A program made the translations under genes and the position numbers. A stretch of 64,000 nucleotides of DNA from Marsupella aquatica. Its lineage: Eukaryota > Plantae > Marchantiophyta. The stretch lies in NCBI GenBank assembly GCA_973895155.1, contig OZ316891.1, forward strand, positions 29,680,331-29,744,330, in the 5' to 3' direction. How positions within the stretch are numbered: position 1 is the first letter of the stretch; every line of letters starts with the position of its first letter. The notes beneath the pieces are model-generated. The model saw only the letters and a list, made by a program, of their open reading frames with translations, searched no databases and had not been told where the DNA came from. Of this stretch, positions 36,057-47,418 are shown in pieces.

Positions 36057-39000
36057 CGATTGTGGGTTTTGGACATGTGTGGACATGAGTTCCACTTGTA
36101 TTTCATTCTCTTGTGTTTGTGATGTGGCAGTATGACTATGTCTGGATGTATGTGACAAGCGATGTATGTTGTGTAGCGATATGTATGCACACGACACCCT
36201 GCGTTTCTGTTCAGAAAAATTGGGGGGCAAAAGCATTGGGCTTTTGTGAGGAGACAGGCACAACTGAGTCATTTTTCCTGGTACTGGGCCTACCCAGGAT
36301 GCATCGCGATGAGAAACGGGGAGGGGCTGACCAGGGATACTTCCCGGTAAACTGCAGGCCACTAGTGCTTTGCCACATGGCCCAGGTCACATAGTATACG
36401 GCTACCAGTACCCTACATTAGGAAAGGGGGACAGGTTAACAAATAATTTAGTTTTGAGGACTGGATGCTGAATTCAGGTAGTTAGGGGGATATGCTACTA
36501 AAAAGCTGTAAAAATAAATTGAAAATGTAAAGTAATCAGGGCTTTTCCCTGGTTGCAAACTACTTGTGCAGCTTGTTCAAAGGCAAGTTCCCCTTTAAAC
36601 GGGCCTTTAAAAAAAGATACAGAGAGAGCTTCTTGTTGGTGTAAACTACATATAACAACCCGTGTGCGACTAATTTGAATTTTAGCTAGTATGGACGACC
36701 AAAGAATAGCAAAGGCCATTACAGGGTCAGAAGCAACTCCTAGGCTAACTTTGTGAGACTGGTTGGTATTGATGAATTGCAACTCACCTTGCCAGCTAGT
36801 CTAGGGAGAAAAGTACAGGGATTAAGCCACTACTTTATGTTATTTTAGATAATTAAAATGCATGCCGAGCCTTTCCAATCTCAGTGAGCTCATTCTTACT
36901 TGGAGGAGTTGGAGGCCTTAAAGTCCTTCTGATCGATTGAATGAAATGGCATCATAGGCAACTTACCTTGCCAAGTTGTTATGGGATGACCAGTAGAGGG
37001 ATTAGGCAAACCAATTTTTTTTTTGCACTGTCTAATTCTGTAAAGTACAAAGCCTACTCTAATCAAGGTAAACTTGTTCTAACTTGAACGAGTTGGAGGC
37101 CACAAAGTAGTTTGATGGAGAATCCAATTCATTCCGCATATTGGAGTCGTCAAATGATATTACATTCCTAATATAAACTTGTCCCCTGAACTGTCCCCAT
37201 TAATTGTTTAGATAGAGGAAGAGGGTAGGGGGGGCAGGGGAGTATTTGAAAATTGATCCGTGGACCCCCATGTTATTCTAGAAACTGAAGCCTAGATGGA
37301 CCTCCCAATCTAAAGAATTTTTTTTTCAAAAATGGACAAGTCAATGTTTGACATTTGAAATAGTTGCCAAACTTACCAATGCAACCATAATTAAGATCAA
37401 ATACAAAACCAGCTTTTAGAACTAAATCTATCAATGTTAGGTTCATTAAAAAGCTAAATAAATTTTAAAATTCATAATCTACTTAGTACTCGATAAAATC
37501 TGTTAATTTTAGTTTCATTCTGATGAAAGGGGTCAACATTTCAGGGGTTGTATAACAAAGATTTCTATTCACATTAGAGATTATGAAATCACGGGTAAAA
37601 TTTATTTTTCAAAATTACTTACTCAATTCTTATCGAATGGTGACAATGTTGAGCTCATCAGGATCGTCTCTTCAAGATCTTTCTAACGCCATAATTATAC
37701 GTGAGTTTTTATTATGATTTGACTCAGCAATGTCAAATCAAAAATTGTTATCGGGAAAATTTTATGTTTTGAATAAAATCAAAATGGACATAAAACCGTT
37801 ACTGGGAGCAGTTTCACCTCAATTTTTTACATTCTTTTTTACGGCACGGCGTCCCAATTTTTACAACAAAGTTGTCACAAACACGAATGTAGAAGGTAAT
37901 TTTATCCAAAAACAAGTATTTTCCTGTTTGCGGCGTGTCATGGTGAGGTGGCGCACTGTGGAGCCAGGAATTTTGGAAAAGACCTCTAATGGGGGTCCGT
38001 AACCAGTGTTTGGAAAACAACATTTGTGCAGAGTTTAATTGGGGATTTCTCAAAATTGAAGACCCCATGGACCAGCCCTACTTGGATGGACTGCCATTTT
38101 TCCAAGTTTAGAGTATTTCCCATTTGTAAATCTATCTTGAATGTTTTGGTCAAAAGTACTCTGGTCCATGGGGTTGCAAGGTTCATGAATGAGAATGGTC
38201 CATCCAAACATAAAAGTTTGGAATTTCTGTGAAGCATTGAACATTCCAACATAAGTAATGGCGTACATTTCTTTAGAGAAAAACCAACAAAAAGTACCCA
38301 AGTGGGGTTTCAGATAGCTTGGTTACAAAGATAATTAAAATGAAATAAAAAATATAGTGACAAAACTTGAGACCCTTTATGTGAAAGCCTGGAAGAATTT
38401 TAGGCCACTAGATAGAAAATAACTTCATTCTATTTCTTGTTTAGTAGTGTCAACTTTGATTTCACAATCATGGTTTGTTTTGAATGCATGCAGAAATTTT
38501 GTTGGCAACCCAGAAATAAACTAAATTAACTTTTCACTGTTGTGACACCAATTCTGAGTACTGGACATGAGAACTCAGATGCTCCCCGAACCCGTCCCCA
38601 AATGACCATAATGTAAAGATGAAATATTAAATTGCCTGAAGCAACAGTTTACTGATAATCATATTTTCACCACATGACCAGCATAATTTAGTTTCTGGTT
38701 GACTCCCATGGTGGAGTGTCCTGTCTTCACACTGGAAGTCCAGAAATTAAACTTTTCCATTCTGAAAATTACTGTCGCTCAGCTAGCACCTCTCTCTCAT
38801 TTAATTGCTCAATGTTTTGATTGTCAGCAAATCTGGTCCATCTGAGTCCAGAGGTAGAATTTAAAAGTCCATCCAAGCAAAACCTTTCCTTCAAAGGAAA
38901 ACACGGTCTCTCCTTGAAACCTTGTTTCACCTGTTGCATAGCCGCATTTCCTCAGCTAGGGAAAAAAAGATTCACTGCTGCTTTTTATTCAGGTAATCAT

Positions 39001-41860
39001 AGCGTTGAGATTCTCCACCCTAAACATGGGATTCTTTATTTCTAGGATTAGGGCTCAGATTCTCCCCAAAACATGTGGATCTTTATTTATAGGTAAGCGA
39101 TATAGCCTTCGGCTTTTAAACTTTTTTATTAGGTTTTTGTTTGGGGTCGCATCTGTCCTTTCTTTAGAGTTTGATGTTTGTCCTATGTGTACCTCTTCGC
39201 TTCTAACTTTGTTTGGCCGTTTTTTAGTAAATTGGTTCCACTGTAGGAGAAAATATCCAAACAGTCTTTTTGAAAAGTCTAACTTCTTATGCTTTTTTCA
39301 GTCCCTTTATTGGGTCTACCATAAATTCACCTTTTTGTGGCCTTTGAGAATTGAGAGGCTATGTTACAGCTTTCTAGTGAGCTAGGCTGTGGGTCCCATC
39401 ACTAGCTACAATAGGTCTGGCTTGGGTTGTATGACGGCATCAGTACCATCAGAGCAAAGAGCAATTTTTTTCCTGTTACAATAATGAAAGAAATTCCTTG
39501 TAATCCATATTTTTTTTTCTCATACTAGCAAAAACCCTAAACAAAGTACTTGTTGTGTCAAAAGCCGCCCTTAATGTTGCAAATGCTGATATTATCAAGA
39601 GGAGTACAATCATGCCTAGATTGGGGTCACTCTCGGATTGACCTTCATTTCATTTGGGACCATACCTCACCACACAGCAACAACACAAGAGGAATGTGGC
39701 AACAACTTAACGGTCGACTCCCAAAGCAAGCAAAGAGGAATGTGGGAACAACATTAAGGGATCCACTTGCAAATCAAAAGACATAACAAGCAATGTGGCA
39801 ACAATCTTAAAGGTCCACTTGCAAAGCAATAGGCATATATTTCTCTTCAAAGAGGAGTGTGGCAACAACATTAAGGGTAAAGACAAGGAAGGGCACAAAT
39901 AACAAAACAAGCAATGATTGGGGCCCACTGGACGAGGTGACAGCTCAAATACAGGAAACTCTATTGTGAGCCCATGAAAACCCCACCCCATAAAGCGAGA
40001 TTGTTTTTCCATTTTTTAAAAGGGTTCAGCCAAACAGCAAGTTGCGCAACTGGCTTGCAGGTGGGAAAACCATGGGTAAAATGTTTTTTAATGTACTCCC
40101 TATACCATAGCAGCGCCTGCATGACACATGAAACCCGTTTGAGATGGTTCCAAATGGAATGTAGTGTCCCACCAAATTTAAAACTGGGGCAAAAACGTTT
40201 GGTGGGAGATTGAACTAGATGCCTACCAGTTACTTGGGTTCCAAATGACCCAGTGATTACAGTTATACCTAAAGTGGCTGAAACCAGATTAGTCTACCAG
40301 CATTGCAATCCAAGTTCTGAGTGAGTTACAATTTGAAAATGTGTTAGGCTTCCCAGAGTTGCTTTCCCTGTGTCACCTCGAGTTCTAAACAGAACAAATT
40401 TAACTCTTGGGGATCGAGAATCACATACTTGAGCAGGAAAAACCTCACCTGGTATTTTCTAGGTTAAGGAACTTCTTATTGTACTATAACTTCTTTTTAG
40501 CGTGTCATGGGAATGATTAGGTTGCCTCATCCTCTCCATTTATGCACAACTCTGTTTAGCTCTTGGGGGATAGAGACTCTCTTCATCCAGCACGGCGAGA
40601 GGAAATAATTTACCTGGTATTTTCTGGGTTAAGCAACTTTAGGGAAAGAGGAAATAAATTCACCATATATTTTCTGGGTCAAGCAACTCCTCGACAGATT
40701 GTACAATTACTCCGTTTTAGCTCTGATGGGAGTGATCCAATAAATGCCTATTATCATCTCCACTTATAGCACAACCCTATTTTCTTGCCTTTAAAAACCC
40801 CAGTCCCAGGGTTTATGGAGCCAGCCGGGATAAGATAAAACCCTTCCCAGTACAGTTCCTTGACGGTTTTTTGCCCATGGACCTGTGAACCATGGTTCCG
40901 ATAACCGTAACCAGGGCCACGAGTTCCACTGTAGCACAGCCTGAGCACACTGTTGAAGAACTCATGCTCTTGTAGCCGCAAAAGTCCTCAGCACCCTTCG
41001 AAAAGGAGGATAACGTCGGAATCGCCCCTCGAGATTTTGCAGATGACGAAGAAGAGATATGGAGGAGACAAGAAGTCGAGAAGAGAACACGAAGAAGGTG
41101 GGATGAAATGGATGGATAGAATCTAGCAAACACAAAGCAGTCGTCAATGATTTAGGGCGGTGCTCTGCTCCGCTCAACAATTCTTTCTACCCAATTCCTC
41201 TCGTCGCCCTTGCGCGCTGCGCTGCTCTGCCATCCAAGCGCGGGTAGGCAGCTTGGTTATGAACGATTTGAGCTATGGCGTGACCTACAACGAGAACCTT
41301 GGTGGAGCCGAAGCCGTGGGAGTTTAGTATGCGTCGTAGGCAAGGGTTTATGCGGGTATGGGGGCTGATGGTGCTGGTGCGCGCTAATGAATGAACTATG
41401 GGAGTAGCAGCAGTAGCTTCATGCTGCGCAATTCTGCACTACGAATTGTTCTCCCAGGCGGGGAGGAGCGAGTGACCCGGCTCTGTTCTAGGTGACGTTT
41501 GTTGCTACTTCTCACCCAAGCAGGCCCGAGAGGAAAGGAAGTCGAGCAACGGAATTTGGATTTGATTGCTTTCGAATAGATGGGGGCGAGTTTGTGCTGG
41601 AGATGACCTACAACAGGTTGAGTGATGATTGATTGATTTGGGAGGAGCTTTTGGAGGGAGAATTGCCACGGCCTCGAACTGGATAGGTAAGAGTGGCACG
41701 AGGACTTGGCCTGGGACTCTGGGACCGCCCCGTGAGTGATTGAATTGAGCGAACGAGCGAGGTAGATGTTGTTGGGAGGAGAGAGCGGGAGTTTTTCTAG
41801 TCGTGTGGGAAGGTGAACTCCTAGGTCCGGGGGTGACGCTGAACGCGCACTGTTGCTGTC

Positions 41861-43714
41861 ATGATTCTCGGGGCCGCAGCCGCTTCTGGCGAAATGTTGC
41901 GGCTTGTTGACTGCCTTGCTTCTGCACCGCTCGCTTCTTCGTCTGACGGGACCCCCTCGTCGTCTCGTGGAGGTCCCATTGCTGGTCGACCCTGCGGAGG
42001 AAGAGAAGAATTCGGATGGCGAAGGACGGCGGTCTCGGTTAAGCAGAAAAAGCAAATTTCGACCGTAGTCTTGCTGTCTACTTCTGCTGCTACCGCTGGT
42101 CGAGATAAGAGAGGAGTTGTGGTTAAGCCCCCGCATGCTGTGCAGGCGAATGTTGCAACGATTGTTACAGAGAGTAATGTGTGTACCGATGTGGCCATCG
42201 ACGAGGCGTTGGCTCTTGCTAGAGCTGCAGCCAAAGCAGCCAGGGACGCTGCTAGGGATGCGGTCGCCTATGCTGAAGCGCAGGCAATGGCTGACGATTC
42301 TGAGCAGGTATTTCCTTCGGAGCAAGATTTGCTACTCCTGGAAAGGGCCAGGCTGACCGAGATGGCAAGGTCCGGCGCTGTCCAAGTGACGAGCCCTGCT
42401 GATGCGGCAATTGGCGATAGGGATACAAATCAGTGGAAGGAATGGGAGTATTCCTCTTCTTCTGGAGTTGATATGGACTCGTACGCAGTGGCAACTCTGG
42501 GTATAAGCTCCATCCAGCTTGAGCAAGGCCTTTGTGAGCTGCCAATGAGTGATCCGACTGCTACGGAAGAGGTCCAGGAGCAGCAGGACGCGAGTGGTGA
42601 GTCAAGGATACGGACGCGGGATGATATTACAGTGCGCTCAAGTCGAAGGCGAGAGCGCATTCTGAAGAGGGAACGAGCGTTGATGAGAGCGGACTTGACT
42701 GCAGCATCTCCACCAGCCGGACAGCTAGCTAAAGCCAAGAAGGCGCAGCCCACCTATGACTCTTCTGATACCGTTCGCGGATACTTGCGAGATATCAGCA
42801 AAACGAAGCTCCTCACGGCAGCCGAGGAGATCGGACTAGCGGAAGGAATTCAGGACTTGCTGCGGATGGAGAGCGTGAAAGCCGATTTATTGGAGCAGAT
42901 GGGCCGCGAGCCGTCGGTGGCGGAGTGGGCCGATGCTATAGGAACGGAGCACACGTCTTTAGAGTCGCGTATAAAATCGGGGCAGGCTTGCAAGGACAAG
43001 ATGGTGAATTCCAATCTTCGTCTCGTGGTGTCCATTGCGAAACGCTATCAGGGCAGGGGAATGACGATCCAAGATCTCATCCAGGAAGGTAGCATGGGAT
43101 TGATTCGGGGAGCAGAGAAATTTGACCATACCAGAGGCTTCAAATTCTCCACTTACGCCCATTGGTGGATTCGGCAGGCCATTACGAGGGCTATAGCAGA
43201 TCAATCCCGAACCATTCGTCTCCCGGTCCACGTCTACGAATTGTTATCTCGTATCACGAAGGCCAAGAGCATGCTCGCTTCGGAACATGGGCGGGTGCCG
43301 AGGGACGAAGAGATCGCTGAGCTAGTTGGCATGAGCATCGATAAGCTCAAGCTCGTAATCAAGGCTGCGAAGAACCCCAAGTCCTTGGAATTCCCCGTCG
43401 GAAAGAACAATGACACCATGCTAGGGGAGATAATTCCAGACAAGGATTTTGAGTCCCCTGAAGAGGCCATCACCAAGCGATTGCTCAAGCAAGACTTGAA
43501 CACTGCATTGAACACTCTCAATCCACGTGAGCGCGATGTGTTGAAGTTTCGCTACGGGCTGGTCGACGGTCGGATGCGGACCCTTGAAGAGATCGGCAAT
43601 GTGTTTAGTGTGACGCGAGAACGCATTCGCCAGATTGAGGCGAGAGCTCTCCGGAAGCTCCGACAACCGAGCCGGAACACGGCATTGAGAGAATACCTGG
43701 ATTTTCAAGTTTAG
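41861..43714 (+). CDS. Nuclear-encoded plastid RNA polymerase sigma factor, SIG2/SigB-like, intronless CDS
   Basis: Sigma-70 regions YLRDISKTKLLTAAEE, NLRLVVSIAKRY, DLIQEGSMGLIRGAEKFD, GFKFSTYAHWWIRQAI, IGNVFSVTRERIRQIE. Long plant-type N-terminal extension with EALALARAAAKAARDA and VRSSRRRER blocks that resemble SIG2. Confidence 0.9.
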   Translation: MILGAAAASGEMLRLVDCLASAPLASSSDGTPSSSRGGPIAGRPCGGREEFGWRRTAVSVKQKKQISTVVLLSTSAATAGRDKRGVVVKPPHAVQANVATIVTESNVCTDVAIDEALALARAAAKAARDAARDAVAYAEAQAMADDSEQVFPSEQDLLLLERARLTEMARSGAVQVTSPADAAIGDRDTNQWKEWEYSSSSGVDMDSYAVATLGISSIQLEQGLCELPMSDPTATEEVQEQQDASGESRIRTRDDITVRSSRRRERILKRERALMRADLTAASPPAGQLAKAKKAQPTYDSSDTVRGYLRDISKTKLLTAAEEIGLAEGIQDLLRMESVKADLLEQMGREPSVAEWADAIGTEHTSLESRIKSGQACKDKMVNSNLRLVVSIAKRYQGRGMTIQDLIQEGSMGLIRGAEKFDHTRGFKFSTYAHWWIRQAITRAIADQSRTIRLPVHVYELLSRITKAKSMLASEHGRVPRDEEIAELVGMSIDKLKLVIKAAKNPKSLEFPVGKNNDTMLGEIIPDKDFESPEEAITKRLLKQDLNTALNTLNPRERDVLKFRYGLVDGRMRTLEEIGNVFSVTRERIRQIEARALRKLRQPSRNTALREYLDFQV

Positions 43715-44085
43715 CACGTAGCCCTCACATACCTCAAAGAGTCCAGTTTTGTACTAATTCTTAGCTTTTGCCACTGCAATTAAGACGGGGAATGTGACGA
43801 GAGCCGCATTGATTCTGGCTTGCTCGGAGAGACTAGCTTTCCGACGTTGAATACTAGCATTGCAGTAGTGGGGCACCTCTCAATTCAGAGGTTTTAGGCT
43901 TCTTATGCTTCATCCCTACAGTAGTCGGTGAGCTCCTTCCACGTCACAGGTAGTAGCTTCCGGCGTCTCAAGGTTTATGATGAAACTCAGAGTCCGCATT
44001 TTGAGGTGCGGACATTTCTCCCGTTAGCGAAGAATCCTTCAACTCAGAGGTTTTAGCCCCCAAGCCCCCAATGTTCAGCTAGTAG

Positions 44086-45385
44086 TGGATAATTTCTTCC
44101 AACGCGCAGGTTTTACATCCCATGTTTCAGCTGTAATGGACGTTGCCTCCAGCCCCACGATTCACAGCTCTTATGTGTCACCCGGAATGGATAATGTCTA
44201 CAGAGCAAGTTTTTGGCCCCACGCATCTCCAGTACAGGGCAGAGGCTTTAGCCGCCATATCTCAAAAGCAATAATGATTTCTCGGAGGAATTGCCATCGA
44301 ATGCCAATGTGCGGATACATTACAAGTGTAAGATCTAGATGTCCATTTCAACCCTCTCACTTCTCTCGAAATTTATACCCACTGATCTCAATTCCTTGGG
44401 CGCGCAGGATTCCCCCGTTTCTTTTTGAACAACTTGGGCTCCCTTTCTTGCACAATGCACTGTCTTTCTGAGATGCGCAGTTGAAACACATGTAGTCTTA
44501 AGCATTCTGGCTGTGTTAAATTATATGAAAGAGTTTATTTGTGCAATATGATCTTAGGAACTGATAGCTCCCTCAGCCTTAAACCCAAATCTTGTACCTG
44601 CGTTTTCACTTCAGTCCGTCGAAGCCTTTACCTGCAACTTTAAACTGATAGCTCTCTAAACCTTCAGCCTAAATCTTGTACCGAGTCTTCACTCACCTCT
44701 GCCGCAGCCTCCTGCAGTACGTCTTAACTCAAGGGAGAAGCAACAATTTAAATGCCAGAAATAAGGATTCTTGTTCATTGATTTTTGTAAGGTGGCTGGT
44801 GGAAAAATAGGCGTGATGAAGAGGAAATCGAAACGCTGCACAGGGAAGCCACAGGCTCAACTAAAGACGTGGACTTTAGTGCCTTGATTGTGTATGAGGA
44901 TGAAATCTAAACTTGCAATGATAGAACACCGTGCATGACAGTATTTCAAATCCAAACTCATATAACTCGGAGTCCTCTAATCATCGAAATGTGTGTTCAC
45001 TGTACAGTCCGCAAGTTATGGATAATTTCCTCCAACGCACAGGTTTTACCTCCCATGTTTCAGCTGTAATGGACGTTGCCTCCAGCCACACGATTTACAG
45101 CTCTTATATTTCATCAGGAATGGATAATTTCTTTAGAGCAGGTTTTAGGCCCTACGAGTCTCCAGTAGTGGATAATGTTTACAGGGGCAGAGGCTTTTGC
45201 TTCCATCTCTCATAGGAAATAATTTTTTTTCGGAGGTACTGCCATCCAATGCTCATGTGCGGATACAGTACAAGTTTCTAGATGTCCAATTTCAACCCTC
45301 TCACTTCTCTCGAAATTCTTCCGTTTACACCCGCTGATCTCGATTCCCTTGTCTTGGAACAACTTGAGCTCCCTTTCTTGCACAA
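44086..45385. repeat. Local diverged duplication: about 44086-44455 and about 45018-45385
   Basis: tggataatttc.tccaacgc.caggtttta...cccatgtttcagctgtaatggacgttgcctccagcc...ctccctttcttgcacaat is present in both. Confidence 0.85.
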
Positions 45386-47160
45386 TTGCAGTGTGTTGGA
45401 GTCCTCTGTTCATTGAAATGGGTGTTCACTGGTCTGTCCCTTTTCTCAGGCATGCCAACGCCAAAGTGAGTTTGATAAACGGCCTCACCATGGCGAGTAG
45501 CAAGAGTCTTATGCAAGGCTAGAACATGGATCCCCCAAAGCTATGGAGAAACCGTTCAATGAACAGAAAGAACGTTACTAAATTTCAAGTCAGACCTTGA
45601 ATTATCACCAGCGGCTCAACTTGTAATGCGGGGAACGAAACGTCAGCTTCTGTTGCAAATAATCAGGTTGCCATCAAACAGTCATGTTCCTCCTCCAAAC
45701 GATTCCAACTTGTTTAAAACGAGAGGGCCAGATTCGACCTGAACGGTTCCTTTGAGGACCTCGTGAGACTACTACCACAAGAAAGACAGGACAGAATTCT
45801 CAGCAAACTTAATCTGCCATTTTTTATCAACACTCATCACTCCGACAAAAGCCATGACTGTTGTGCATAACTGGCTGAACATCGACGGAATTGCGAATCC
45901 CGCTATTACATAATCTTTCATGAATTGACCTCATGCGAGGCTCCACTCTCCCTCATCTCAATGATACTAGCGACTTCCCGCCGTGTCCTGTCGCCTCTCC
46001 CCGCTTCTCTAGACATCCATGAATTTCATACCCCATGAGGTTTACCTGTCTCTCAAATTAGCAGATTAGATGTTCTGACCGATGGATAGATCAATTCAGT
46101 CCCAATTGCCTAATAGTCCTGTATAAAAGAAATTCACAGCAGCCGATAAATTGTACTAGAGCCTCACCCTGCACCATAGAGTCCTTGCAGCCAAGGAGTT
46201 GAACATAATTCATTCCATTTTTCCCTCATGTAGCCCTTTACTAGGGCGGCAACAACAAGAACACAAAACAGAGGGAGTCGAAAAACTATCAGGTCCAGAA
46301 ACTCCATACGAGCCGGGGCCTACTTCTGTAAAGTATGGATCATAGAGTCTAAACATCTCCAACACCATGTTAGGAGTAACAATGTACAGCGCTCTAAAAT
46401 CTTACACATAAATGTATGGACTTCGTGGATTAAATCCCGTAAGAAGCATTCTTGTTTGTCCTCTTTGAACCGTCCTTCTCTTTCAAGCCATCCACCTCTT
46501 ACGCTGCTTCCATCTAGTTCCCAGAAGGTATTCCATCAGCAATCTCTCAGACGAAGTATTAACCTCGGGTCATCTGGTTTCCGTCGCCCTGCAATGATTG
46601 CAAAGAACATACGTCAAAAAGTACAGATTGCGCAAACTTTCCATCAAAGAAGTAAGTCTGTCGATTTCTTCATCTGACTGCACATTTTAGGACGCTTACA
46701 ATTAGAGAGGAATTATAGAGAAATGATGACGAGATAAATCAACAGGGAGTAGACTAAGATAAGAGGTAGGATGTGAGACGCGAGCAGCTAGACAAGATAG
46801 TCGTTACAAGTGATGTACTCGGAAATAAGTGATCAGCAAGGAATCAGTTTCAGTCTTGAATTGGAAGGAGCATCTCTGCCATGGCACCTGTGTCCGTGCC
46901 AATCAATATTTCCGATTGCATCAAATTCTCCAGGCTGACCACGTATTCCAAGACAATTTCTAGCCTCAATTTCCGGAAGAAGGTTTTCCGGATCTGAAAA
47001 GCCAACCTTGGAGTTGGGTAATATGCTCTTGAACCCAATCCCTCCCTCCTGCCGCAATTATCATGCATATTGACTTTAGCCCTCAAAAACAAAACGATCA
47101 AGCCAAAGAATTCTTCGCTACTCGAATCCTCCATAACGGGGATTCCTTTTGTTAAATTTT

Positions 47161-47418
47161 TTTAACAAGAAGACTTTAGTTAGGGACCCCACTAGAGGTC
47201 ACTTATTCCTGGCACTTTAGTTACGGTTTAACAAGAAGACTTTAGTTAGGGACCCCACTAGAGGTCACTTATTCCTGGCACTTTAAGTTACGTACCCCAC
47301 TAGAGATCACTTCCAAAATTCCAAATTCCTGGCACCAGAGTGTGCCACGTAAATAACAACCTCAACAATCCAAATTCCTGGCACCAGAGTGTGCCACGTA
47401 AATAACAACCTCAACAAA
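47161..47418. repeat. Adjacent tandem duplications (about 66 bp x2 and about 49 bp x2) sharing attcctggcac
   Basis: Directly visible. Confidence 0.85.

Larger units (their letters stand above)
27044..36196 (+). mobile_element. Element 2: Ty3/Gypsy-type retrotransposon with C5-DNA methyltransferase and PHD finger, no terminal direct repeats, 4-bp TSD (CCCT)
   Basis: ccct|TGTCACA at 27040-27050 and CACGACA|ccct at 36190-36200. Same domain order as element 1; the two ends share no direct repeat. Confidence 0.85.
26597..36508. mobile_element. Non-autonomous long-TIR DNA transposon (MITE/Mutator-like, about 0.76 kb without the insert), interrupted by element 2
   Basis: 26597 to about 26822 (cagctttttagtaacctgtccccctaac...gatgcatcctggg) is the diverged reverse complement of about 36281-36508 (cccaggatgcatc...tactaaaaagctg). 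Flanks taaaataaa / taaaaataaa resemble an AT-rich 9-bp TSD with one slip. Confidence 0.8.

Noticed and set aside
26597-36508. Long inverted repeats as the termini of retroelement 2 (DIRS-like ITRs)
   Set aside because: Element 2 has its own TG...CA ends and CCCT TSD inside the TIRs, and element 1 lacks such TIRs.
38062-38174. 14-bp inverted repeat accccatggaccag / ctggtccatggggt
   Set aside because: Probably a remnant of a degraded transposon; no termini or TSD could be defined.
41396-42325. 309-aa minus-strand ORF
   Set aside because: Antisense to the sigma factor 5' region, low complexity, no recognisable motif.
47161-47418. CRISPR-like array
   Set aside because: These are simple tandem duplications with no unique spacers, in eukaryotic DNA with no cas genes.
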